The notes under the pieces are model-generated. The model saw only the letters and a list, made by a program, of their open reading frames with translations. It was not told the origin of the DNA and made no database searches. A stretch of DNA of 55,758 nt from Hormoscilla sp. (GTDB taxonomy: Bacteria > Cyanobacteriota > Cyanobacteriia > Cyanobacteriales > Desertifilaceae), in assembly GCA_051439505.1 (NCBI GenBank), contig JBFRWI010000198.1, forward strand, positions 1 to 55,758. Direction: 5' to 3'. The translations under genes were made by a program, and so were the position numbers. This document shows, in pieces, positions 47,542 through 55,758 of this stretch (its first letter is position 1; each line of letters opens with the position of its first letter).

Positions 47542-48336
47542 ATGATCGTTGAAAGCAGCGAAGTTATTTTATCTGTCCGGAATTTAACGGCGGATGTGGA
47601 TGGTACCCAGATTCTTAAGGGTTTGAATCTGGAAATTAAGGCTGGCGAAATCCATGCTATCATGGGACCGAATGGATCGGGAAAGAGTACCTTTTCTAAG
47701 GTATTAGCAGGTCATCCAGCTTATGAAGTAACTGGCGGAGAGGTCCTCTTCAAAGGAGAAAATCTGCTGGAGATGGAACCGGAAGACAGGTCTCTGGCAG
47801 GGGTGTTTCTGGCTTTTCAGTATCCGATGGAAATTCCCGGTGTCAGTAATCTAGATTTCTTGCGGGTGGCTTACAATTCCCGCCGCAAGCAACAGGGACT
47901 GGAAGAGTTAGATTCTTTTGATTTTCAAGATTTGGTAGAAGAAAAGCTGGAAGTGGTGAAGATGAATCCGGCTTTTTTGAACCGGAGTCTGAATGAAGGC
48001 TTTTCTGGTGGAGAGAAGAAGCGGAATGAGATTCTGCAAATGGCTTTGCTGGAACCGACCTTGGCAATTCTGGATGAGACGGATTCGGGTTTGGATATTG
48101 ATGCTTTGAAGATTGTCGCTTCCGGGGTGAACCAGTTGGCAAAAGCAGAAAATGCTACTCTCATGATTACCCATTACCAACGGTTACTCGATTATATTGT
48201 CCCCGACTACGTTCACGTGATGGTAGGTGGAAAGATTCTGACTACTGGTGGTAAGGAATTGGCCCTGGAACTGGAGTCCCGTGGTTATGATTGGGCGATC
48301 GCAGAAGATGCAGTAGAGGTAGGTGCAGCAGTATGA
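47542..48336 (+). CDS. sufC: Fe-S assembly ATPase SufC
   Basis: [33 protein letters not shown]. Confidence 0.98.
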   Translation: MIVESSEVILSVRNLTADVDGTQILKGLNLEIKAGEIHAIMGPNGSGKSTFSKVLAGHPAYEVTGGEVLFKGENLLEMEPEDRSLAGVFLAFQYPMEIPGVSNLDFLRVAYNSRRKQQGLEELDSFDFQDLVEEKLEVVKMNPAFLNRSLNEGFSGGEKKRNEILQMALLEPTLAILDETDSGLDIDALKIVASGVNQLAKAENATLMITHYQRLLDYIVPDYVHVMVGGKILTTGGKELALELESRGYDWAIAEDAVEVGAAV

Positions 48337-49694
48337 GTATAGCTTCTGTTGAGAGGATTTTGGAAAAGGAAAAGGAGGCGATCGATCGCGATCGCTATCT
48401 GATCGAGTTGCTGCAAGAACGTCCCTCACTGGATCCGCAAGCAATGGACGCGCAAATGACGGCGTGGTTGCAAGCAATTCGGGAACATGCGGCGGTGTTA
48501 GTCACTGAAAGTATCTTTCCCACTAAGCGGGATGAAGAATGGCGGTTTACAGACTTGTCGCCCTTGTTGGAGGTGAAGTTTGCAGGAGTTAGCAGCGACA
48601 AGGTATCCTCGGTCAGGGAATTGAGTCTGGCGGAAGCGGATAGTAGCTGCTTGGTATTTGTCAATGGCATTTATGCACCGCAACTGTCGGATGTAAGTGG
48701 GTTGCCAGACAATGTGTTTGTGGGTAATTTGCTGGCAGACAATATCCCGCAAGCAGAGTTGAAAAAATATCTGGCCAAACAACAGGGGGCTGAGGAGGTA
48801 TTTACATTACTTAACTCGGCCAGTATGACGGATGCGGCTATAGTTTGGGTGCCGAAAAATCAGGTAGTTTCGCAACCTATTCATCTGCTGTTTATCTCAA
48901 CTAGGGGCGAGGTGGCGACTATTTCTCAGCCTCGCTGTCTGGTGGTAGCGGAAGCGGGTAGTAGTTTAACTATAGTTGAAGATTACACCGCAGATGTGAA
49001 TTGCCCAGAGGCCCTGCTTCCTAACCCCTATTTCACTAATGGGGTGACGGAAATTTGGGTGGGACTCAATGCTGAGGTCAACCATACCAGACTGCAACGA
49101 GAAGCAGGCGTGGCTTTTCATATTGGCAAAAGCGCGATCGCCCAAGCCCGGGATAGCCGCTATACTTGTAATGCCATTAGCTTGGGGGCAAAGTTATCTC
49201 GGCATCATCTGGAAGTCTGCCAAAATGGTGAGGGTACTTACACGACTCTCAATTGCTTAACGCAAATTTCTGGCGAACAACTGGCAGATACCCATAGCGC
49301 GATCGGGTACAATCATGCCAATGGGACTAGCAAGCAGTTGCATAAGTGCATTGTGGATGGCAAAGCCCATGCAGTCTTTAACGGTAAAATCTTTGTCCCC
49401 AAACCCGCCCAACTGACAGATGCGGCACAGTTAAATCGTAACTTATTACTGTCGCCCCAAGCCCGAGTGGACACTAAACCTCAGTTGGAGATTACTGCTG
49501 ATAATGTTAAATGCGCCCACGGTGCTACTGTCGGTCAGCTTGACCCCGAGGAGCTATTTTATCTGCAAAGTCGCGGTTTAGACCGGGAAACTAGCTGCAA
49601 TTTGCTAGTTGATGCCTTTGCTGGCGAAATCCTCGATCGCATTCCCGTGGCTTCCTTAAAGCAAATGCTATCACGCTGTGTAGCTTGCCGATAA
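48333..49694 (+). CDS. sufD: Fe-S assembly protein SufD
   Basis: [37 protein letters not shown] overlap with sufC. Confidence 0.95.
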   Translation: MSIASVERILEKEKEAIDRDRYLIELLQERPSLDPQAMDAQMTAWLQAIREHAAVLVTESIFPTKRDEEWRFTDLSPLLEVKFAGVSSDKVSSVRELSLAEADSSCLVFVNGIYAPQLSDVSGLPDNVFVGNLLADNIPQAELKKYLAKQQGAEEVFTLLNSASMTDAAIVWVPKNQVVSQPIHLLFISTRGEVATISQPRCLVVAEAGSSLTIVEDYTADVNCPEALLPNPYFTNGVTEIWVGLNAEVNHTRLQREAGVAFHIGKSAIAQARDSRYTCNAISLGAKLSRHHLEVCQNGEGTYTTLNCLTQISGEQLADTHSAIGYNHANGTSKQLHKCIVDGKAHAVFNGKIFVPKPAQLTDAAQLNRNLLLSPQARVDTKPQLEITADNVKCAHGATVGQLDPEELFYLQSRGLDRETSCNLLVDAFAGEILDRIPVASLKQMLSRCVACR

Positions 49695-49806
49695 TTTTGG
49701 CTGCTGGCTAATTGCTAATTGTCAATTGTTAATTGTAATTAGCCATTAGCCATTAGCCATTCACAATTAGCCATTCGCAATTCACAATTCACCATTCGCA
49801 AAGATT

Positions 49807-51072
49807 ATGATGACTCTCACTCAGGAAATAACGCTTGCGGCCTTAACTCGCGCTGACTTCCCTATTTTGCAGCAGGAAGTTAATGGCAAACCTCTGGTTT
49901 ATCTGGATAATGCTGCTACTTCCCAAAAGCCGATCGCTGTTTTAAATACTTTGCGGGATTATTACTCGGAGTATAATTCTAACGTGCATCGGGGGATTCA
50001 TACCCTCAGCGGTAAAGCAACAGATGCTTATGAGGGGACGCGGGATAAAATTGCCAGTTTTATTAATGCTGCGGTGCGGGAAGAAATTGTTTACACCCGC
50101 AATGCTAGTGAAGCGATTAATTTAGTCGCCTACAGTTGGGGCTTGAATAATTTACAACAGGGAGATGAAATTATTCTCTCGGTGATGGAACATCACAGTA
50201 ATTTGATTCCCTGGCAGATGGTTGCTCAAAAAACTGGTGCGGTGCTCAAGTTTGTGGAACTGACTGCTAATGAGGAATTCGATCTAGATCATTTTAAGTC
50301 TCTGGTTTCCGATAAGACTAAACTGGTGGCTGTGGTGCATGTTTCTAATACGATCGGTTGTATTAACCCCGTACATGAAATTTGCGCGATCGCCCACCAA
50401 CATGGGGCAAAAGTGTTAATTGATGCTTGCCAAAGTGTCCCCCATATGGTAATAGACGTGCAGGCGATGGACTGTGACTGGCTGGTGGCTTCGGGACATA
50501 AGATGTGCGGTCCCACGGGCATTGGGTTCCTGTATGGGAAGCGGGAATTACTGCGATCGATGCCGCCATTTTTGGGCGGTGGCGAAATGATTAAAGACGT
50601 GTTTCTGGAACATGCTACCTATGCAGATATTCCCAATAAGTTTGAGGCGGGAACTCCGGCCATTGGAGAGGCGATCGGGCTAGGTGCAGCAGTCGATTAC
50701 CTGACGAACATTGGCATGGAGAAAATTCATGCTTATGAAGCAGAATTGACAGCTTATATATGCGAGCAATTGGGTAAAATACCGGAAGTGCAAGTTTACG
50801 GACCGCAACCGAAAGCGAATGGGGAAGGAAGGGCAGCATTAGCATCATTTACTGCCGGAGAAGTTCACCCCCACGACCTATCTACAATGTTAGACGAAGC
50901 GGGGGTAGCAATTCGGGCGGGGCATCATTGCACGCAGCCATTACATCGGGCCTTGGGGGTGCAGTCAACTGCCAGGGCGAGTTTGTATTTCTACAACACC
51001 CGGGAAGAAATTGACCTGTTTATAGCGGCCTTGCAGGAAGCTGTAGAGTTTTTTGGCAGCATTTTCGGTTAA
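49807..51072 (+). CDS. sufS: Cysteine desulfurase SufS
   Basis: [32 protein letters not shown]. Confidence 0.98.
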   Translation: MMTLTQEITLAALTRADFPILQQEVNGKPLVYLDNAATSQKPIAVLNTLRDYYSEYNSNVHRGIHTLSGKATDAYEGTRDKIASFINAAVREEIVYTRNASEAINLVAYSWGLNNLQQGDEIILSVMEHHSNLIPWQMVAQKTGAVLKFVELTANEEFDLDHFKSLVSDKTKLVAVVHVSNTIGCINPVHEICAIAHQHGAKVLIDACQSVPHMVIDVQAMDCDWLVASGHKMCGPTGIGFLYGKRELLRSMPPFLGGGEMIKDVFLEHATYADIPNKFEAGTPAIGEAIGLGAAVDYLTNIGMEKIHAYEAELTAYICEQLGKIPEVQVYGPQPKANGEGRAALASFTAGEVHPHDLSTMLDEAGVAIRAGHHCTQPLHRALGVQSTARASLYFYNTREEIDLFIAALQEAVEFFGSIFG

Positions 51073-51361
51073 TACTCGCATTTTGCATCTTTCCCGATGA
51101 CCCGCCGGGGGTTCAAACCCCCGGCTAATAGCTTAAGTGGGTTAAAACCCACTGGAATTCTTGTCTCTACGGGATTAAGGTTATACCAATTTATTTGCCG
51201 TTGTGAGAGAGAAAAAATGGCCACCCTCTCGTCCCCTCTCGTTCCCAGGTTCTACCTGGGAACGGTCTTCTGAGGCTGTTTAAGTCTATCAGATCTTTAA
51301 CAAAATGGTATTAATTATCCGGATATGATATAAGATATGTTCGGTGGATGAAAGTGGTAAA

Positions 51362-51616
51362 ATGCAGATTATCTACAACACCAAGTCAGATTTACTTTAC
51401 CTGCGCCTAGACGATCGCAAGCAGCAGGTGACTAACCAGCGACGATCCCCCCTAACCCCCCTTCCTCTAAGGGGGGAACCGCTCTCGGAAGAAGTTGTCT
51501 TAGATATTGCCGAAGATGATAAGATTGTGGGCATTGAGATTCTGGATGCTTCCCAGAATGTGAATTTGTCAAGTCTGTTGCCTGTTAACCAGCAAGTTGT
51601 TTCATCAGCAGGATAA
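51362..51616 (+). CDS. DUF2283-family protein with a 13-aa in-frame repeat insertion
   Basis: I.YN...DLLYLRL..VVLDI.EDDKIVGIEILDAS. Confidence 0.75.
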   Translation: MQIIYNTKSDLLYLRLDDRKQQVTNQRRSPLTPLPLRGEPLSEEVVLDIAEDDKIVGIEILDASQNVNLSSLLPVNQQVVSSAG

Positions 51617-51987
51617 ATACTCCTGCGATCCAATTAACTTCACTGCTGTATCCTCCTTCCAACAGGGGCGATCGCATCCGGGAAGTGCGATCGGGCAAAA
51701 TAGTTGGCTTAGTTGGAGCCAGCGGATATAATTTACCCGATCGCGACTGGCTTGCCCAGCAAATCGCTAACATGTAAATGGTTCATGGTGCGATGGTGCG
51801 ATCGGGCGGATAAAATCATTGATTGAGGATGGGATGTTGGGTGCATCTCACTTTCGCAAATGTAAATTGATAATAAATGTGATTTAGCCCGCGCAGGCGG
51901 GCTTTGGAAGTGTAGCCGGACCCTTTAGGGTTCGGGCGGCGGCGACGCAAATATGAAATGCACCCAAGTGAGATGCACCGGAAAGCA

Positions 51988-53859
51988 TCACTCACACCGC
52001 CAAATTTTCACCGTGTTATCTTGACTGCCACTGATAATTGTTTCTCCATCTGGAGAGAAAATGACAGAAGTAACTGGACCTGAATGCCCCCTGAGTGTGG
52101 CTCTCAGTTCGCTGTCGCTGAGATTATACAACTGAATTGTATTGTTAGTATTGCCACTAGCAATGGTTTTACCATCGGGACTAATTGTCACGGAATTAAT
52201 TAAACCTGAATGGCTATAAATAATGATACATTGCCCAGTGCCTGCATTCCACAACCGAACAGTCTTATCATGACTGCCACTGACAATAATTTTTCCATCG
52301 GGACTGAACGCGAGAGAAGTGACTGGGTCGGAATGATCTTGGATGGCGTACAGCAGTTTTCCATTGACTATTTTCCACAGCTTGAGCGCTCGATCGGCAC
52401 CACAGCTAGCAAGGGTTTGCCCGTCAGGGCTGATAGCTACAGAATTAACTCCGCCTGCATGGACAATTGCTAAGAACCCCTGGGTAGATATCCCAATTAA
52501 TGATAATTGATGGACTATTTTCCCTGCACGCATATCGTGAATAAAAATATATCCCCCTTTTTTACCATCTCTCATGTTTGCGCTACCACTGGCAATAGTT
52601 TGTCCGTCAGGACTGATAGCGACAGTCTTAACCTCAGGACGCACATCAAGAGTGCGGATCTCTTTGCCAGAACTCAGATGCCACAGTTTGATTGTCTTGT
52701 ACCGACCCCACCGAGAAAAAGGACCGCCCCCTGCAACCAGAATCTTTTCCGGACTGATGGCGACAGTATTGACCCAAGCGCCCGATCGATCGGAGAATGG
52801 GAAGCTGTGAAGCTGTTTACCATCTTCCAAACGCCAAACCTTAATCATGTTGTCATTACCACCACTAGCAATAGTTTCCCCATCGGCACTAATGGCAACA
52901 GAATTAACCGCGCCTGTATGTCCCGTCAGGGTGCGTACACATTGCCAGTTTTTAGTTGATGGTGTAGGATTCAATCTCCGCTGTTGTGGATTAAACGCTT
53001 CCAGGATCTCAGGGGCAGATTTATAGCGACGACTCGTTCCCCGTTCCAGCATCTTATCGATGATTTGACCCAACTTACTGCTGACCGGATTATTCTGTAA
53101 ATAATCCCGCCACACCCAGGCATCTTCACTATCGCTGAACAGATCGAAGGGGTCAAGTTGGGTCAACAAATGGATGCAAGTGACCCCCAAACCGTACAGA
53201 TCGCTAGCAAAAGTTGCCTTACCTCTGGCCTGTTCTGGGGCCGTATAGCCCGCCGAACCAATTACCGTTCCCGTTACAGACAGAGTAGTTCTAGATGCAA
53301 ACTTAGCCGCGCCAAAATCCACCAGCACCAACTGCCCATCCGGACGACGAATGATGTTTTCGGGCTTGATGTCCCGGTGAATCACCTGATGGCTGTGGAT
53401 AAATTCCAGCAGGGGCAGGGCATCATTCAGTAATCGCCAAATTTTGCTTTCGTCGAACACCCCTTCCCGATCGAGTTCTTGGGCTAAGTTTTGCCCATCG
53501 ATAAACTCTTGTACCAAATACTGCTGTCCGTCTTGACTACAGTGGGCTAGCAGTTCGGGAATTTGGTGATGTTTGCCCAGATCGTCCAGCCTGACTGCTT
53601 CTTGCTCAAATAACTCAGCGGCTTTCTGGACCGTGTTGGTCCCTTGCGCTTGGGGGTAAAACTGCTTGATGACGCAGCTTGGTTTCGATGGTTTGTCCTC
53701 ATCGATCGCTAAAAAAGTCCTGCCAAAGCCACCTTGACCAATTAGTTTAATGGCCCGGTAGCGGTCTTTGAGCAGCAACTTAGTGCCGCAAGTTTGGCAG
53801 AACTTGTGAGCCGATGGGTTCTGGGGTTTCTGACAAGTGGGGTTTAGACAATAACTCAT
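51988..53859 (-). CDS. Ser/Thr kinase (4-Cys prefix) with C-terminal WD40 repeats
   Basis: MSYCLNP.C..N..FC..CG, GQGGFG, HRDIKPEN, DFG, about 7 WD repeats. True start at 53859, not 54090. Confidence 0.93.
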   Translation of the reverse strand: MSYCLNPTCQKPQNPSAHKFCQTCGTKLLLKDRYRAIKLIGQGGFGRTFLAIDEDKPSKPSCVIKQFYPQAQGTNTVQKAAELFEQEAVRLDDLGKHHQIPELLAHCSQDGQQYLVQEFIDGQNLAQELDREGVFDESKIWRLLNDALPLLEFIHSHQVIHRDIKPENIIRRPDGQLVLVDFGAAKFASRTTLSVTGTVIGSAGYTAPEQARGKATFASDLYGLGVTCIHLLTQLDPFDLFSDSEDAWVWRDYLQNNPVSSKLGQIIDKMLERGTSRRYKSAPEILEAFNPQQRRLNPTPSTKNWQCVRTLTGHTGAVNSVAISADGETIASGGNDNMIKVWRLEDGKQLHSFPFSDRSGAWVNTVAISPEKILVAGGGPFSRWGRYKTIKLWHLSSGKEIRTLDVRPEVKTVAISPDGQTIASGSANMRDGKKGGYIFIHDMRAGKIVHQLSLIGISTQGFLAIVHAGGVNSVAISPDGQTLASCGADRALKLWKIVNGKLLYAIQDHSDPVTSLAFSPDGKIIVSGSHDKTVRLWNAGTGQCIIIYSHSGLINSVTISPDGKTIASGNTNNTIQLYNLSDSELRATLRGHSGPVTSVIFSPDGETIISGSQDNTVKIWRCE

Positions 53860-54019
53860 ATACCTAACCAGTTGAGGATCTTTATCTATTTTAGTGGGTG
53901 TGGTCATGCATAGTTGCATTGGTATCGCCCACCCTACGGTCGCCGATGGTGGGCACCGGCCACCCGGAGCCCGATCGCCACCCCAGTAGCGGATGGTGGC
54001 GGTGCCCACCCGGAGCCCG

Positions 54020-54355
54020 ATCGCCCAAATTGCCCCCAGCGAAGCCCCCTTAGCTATCAAAGCTTTGGTCTCATCAGTTGATATTAGCAAAGTCGCAACC
54101 GGACAAACAGTGCAAATGCGCGTCTCAGCCTGTCCCTATCCAGATTTTGGCACCCTCCCAGGCACCTTTGCCGCTATTTCTCCAGATGCGATCGCCCCTG
54201 AAACTCAAGACCAGAATGCTGCTGCTGGCAACTTCCAAGTGACGATCGCCCTTGAAAGCCTGAAATTGACTGCCCCGGGACGAGAATATAAAATTAAATC
54301 TGGGATGGAAGGCCGGGCTGATATAATTTCCCGAGAAGAAACCGTGCTCACCTTT
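54020..54355 (+). pseudogene. C-terminal fragment of an HlyD-family secretion adaptor
   Basis: IAQIAP..APL.IKA.V...DI.KV..GQ.VQMRVSACPYPDFGTL.G..ISPD..GMEGRADII.REETVLTF. N-terminal TM and coiled coil absent. Confidence 0.8.
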
Positions 54356-54390
54356 AACAGACTGTTAAAGTCAGGGGCGATGTCAAATTA

Positions 54391-54711
54391 TTATTCTATG
54401 TCACCGAAAGCCATAAAAGTGAAAGCACAATCAATTGGCAATTCCGGCGTTGTGGTGAAGCAGATAAATTTTTTCAGATCGATCTGGGCAATAGCGATCG
54501 ATAGATCGACGGTCTTCCACGCCCGTCCAAAAATTGTACAGACTACTCCTGGTTCTTTGGCAAACGCTTGCTCAAATTTAACCTCGTAGGATCCCACAGA
54601 AACTCTCGCGCTTTTGAACCCTTCTCCAAATATTATATTGCCTTCCTCATCGACGGCACCGTAGACATACTGGTGTTTGCCTTCACCCGTTGCACTCCTG
54701 ACAATTGCCAT
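54391..54711 (-). CDS. Small all-beta protein resembling phage tail-fibre/H-type-lectin-like C-terminal domains
   Basis: AGGAG SD; G.Y.V.F...F...P.VV.T ... FTFMAFG pattern. Confidence 0.55.
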   Translation of the reverse strand: MAIVRSATGEGKHQYVYGAVDEEGNIIFGEGFKSARVSVGSYEVKFEQAFAKEPGVVCTIFGRAWKTVDLSIAIAQIDLKKFICFTTTPELPIDCAFTFMAFGDIE

Positions 54712-54990
54712 TCTTTGACTCCTGTGATCTAGAATCGATTCGGTTTTTACTTATCTATAATAACATTAAGCGGACCGCTGCGATCGCCTTTCGTTCGTAG
54801 TAAGGACTTCAGTCCTTTTCCGTTCGTAGTAAGGACTGAAGTCTTTTTCTCTGGATATGCCGGTGATTGTTTTGGACCTCGTCTTGTCGGGCCAGATCCT
54901 CGATCGGGACGAGGGCCAAACAAAATATTTGTTGTTGACATGAGCAATGTTAAGGAGTTATATTAGAGAAGTATATTCCTCGATAAAACA

Positions 54991-55260
54991 ATGAACATCA
55001 CCCTCAAGCCACAACAGGAAAAGTTCCTTAGAGAAAAACTATACATCTGCAAATATGGTACGATCGATGAAGTCATCGCCGAAGCGTTTAAACTGCCGGA
55101 GGAACGCGACAAAAATTACCAACAATGGTTAGATGAAAACAGAAAAAAAGTGGCGATCGGTAGAGAACAAGCAAACCGGGGGCGGCTAACTGATGGTAAA
55201 ATTGCGATGGCGAGACTGCGAGAAAAACTAAGTCAAGCAAGGGAGTCCCAGAAAGGATGA
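54991..55260 (+). CDS. ParD-like antitoxin
   Basis: MNITLKPQQEKF....L..KY.T.DEVI.EA..L ... G.EQA.RG.L.DG. TTGACA-18-TATATT upstream (54935-54964). Confidence 0.8.
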   Translation: MNITLKPQQEKFLREKLYICKYGTIDEVIAEAFKLPEERDKNYQQWLDENRKKVAIGREQANRGRLTDGKIAMARLREKLSQARESQKG

Positions 55261-55544
55261 GTACCTATAAGTTAACAGATGAAGCTCTACAGGACTTGGA
55301 TGATATTTTTAGCTATTTGTCCAGTTACAGTCTAGATGGGGCGTGGTCAAAAACCGTTGGTACGGGGAGACCTCGCGTGGGGGTTCAGAAACCGGGTTTC
55401 TATGGAAATGGCTGCTTTTTGCCCCTAAATTGATCTGAGAAACCCGGTTTCTTGTCTGTCGGCTATCAACTACTTTTGACCACACCCGTCTAGATGCTGT
55501 CAATCGCTTTTTGGATGCCTTGGAAAAAAATACCAAAATTTGGT
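55257..55544 (+). pseudogene. ParE/RelE toxin gene interrupted by a MITE and truncated
   Basis: ATGA overlap with the antitoxin. Removing 55339-55496 restores MSTYKLTDEALQDLDDIFSYLSSYSLDAVNRFLDALEKKYQNLV. Confidence 0.85.
55339..55487. mobile_element. GGGTGTGGTCAAAA-family MITE with 9-bp TSD
   Basis: GGGCGTGGTCAAAA..TTTTGACCACACCC. GTCTAGATG at 55330-55338 and 55488-55496. Confidence 0.92.
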
Positions 55545-55623
55545 GGGTGCGGCTCACAATAAGCTTCCTTCCAAAGGGGGGCAACTGGCCGTAAGACCAC
55601 ACCCGTAATCGACTAATGTTGAG

Positions 55624-55758
55624 CAGCGGCGCAACGGTTGCAGACAGCGGCACCACGGTTGCAGACAGCGGCGCAACGGTTGCAGACAGCGGCACCACGG
55701 TTGCAGACAGCGGCGCAACGGTTGCAGACAGCGGCGCAACGGTTGCAGACAGCGGCGC
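55624..55758. repeat. 21-bp tandem array CAGCGGC(GCA/ACC)ACGGTTGCAGA, cut by the window end
   Basis: Six full units in order A-B-A-B-A-A plus a partial unit; no spacers. Confidence 0.95.

Noticed and set aside
53860..54090. N-terminal extension of the kinase-WD40 ORF
   Set aside because: It is read-through of REP-like repeats and the antisense HlyD fragment; the family start MSYCLNP is at 53859.
55624..55758. CRISPR array (also considered for 1-105 and 40981-41064)
   Set aside because: Units are contiguous with no unique spacers, and there are no cas genes in the window.

Overview
This is a cyanobacterial genomic segment: HIP1 GCGATCGC octamers are dense, and it has STRR heptamer repeats and a cyanobacterial suf/cox gene order. 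It is probably from a filamentous Oscillatoriales-like organism (inference). Housekeeping blocks (cbiX/sirB-cobA, dps, pdhC, aas, hppD, ctaCDE, sufR-ftrC-sufBCDS with two SufR operators) alternate with accessory regions. (i) An island at about 1.9-16 kb holds two AAA/ABC-type ATPase loci, a Na+/solute symporter, vapBC, a decapitated second thioesterase gene, and a stand-alone two-module NRPS (A[N-MT]-T-C-A-T-TE, predicted N-methyl-Val + Gly) with its own consensus promoter. (ii) A co-oriented minus-strand block at about 35.7-43.2 kb holds a secreted AGE-fold protein, a 7-aa-repeat micropeptide with a perfect Shine-Dalgarno, a SLATT/DUF4231 two-TM protein and a triple-TIR-TM-WD40 protein. The SLATT/TIR-WD40 pair is the best candidate for an undescribed immune or signalling system. 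(iii) Many MITEs and REP-like elements are present. Some have exact 9-10 bp target duplications, some are nested or carry swapped cargo, and some disrupt genes or are inserted in frame. Both window ends lie inside 21-bp tandem arrays. No rRNA, tRNA or CRISPR array was recognised. All family assignments come from motif recognition by eye, not from database searches.
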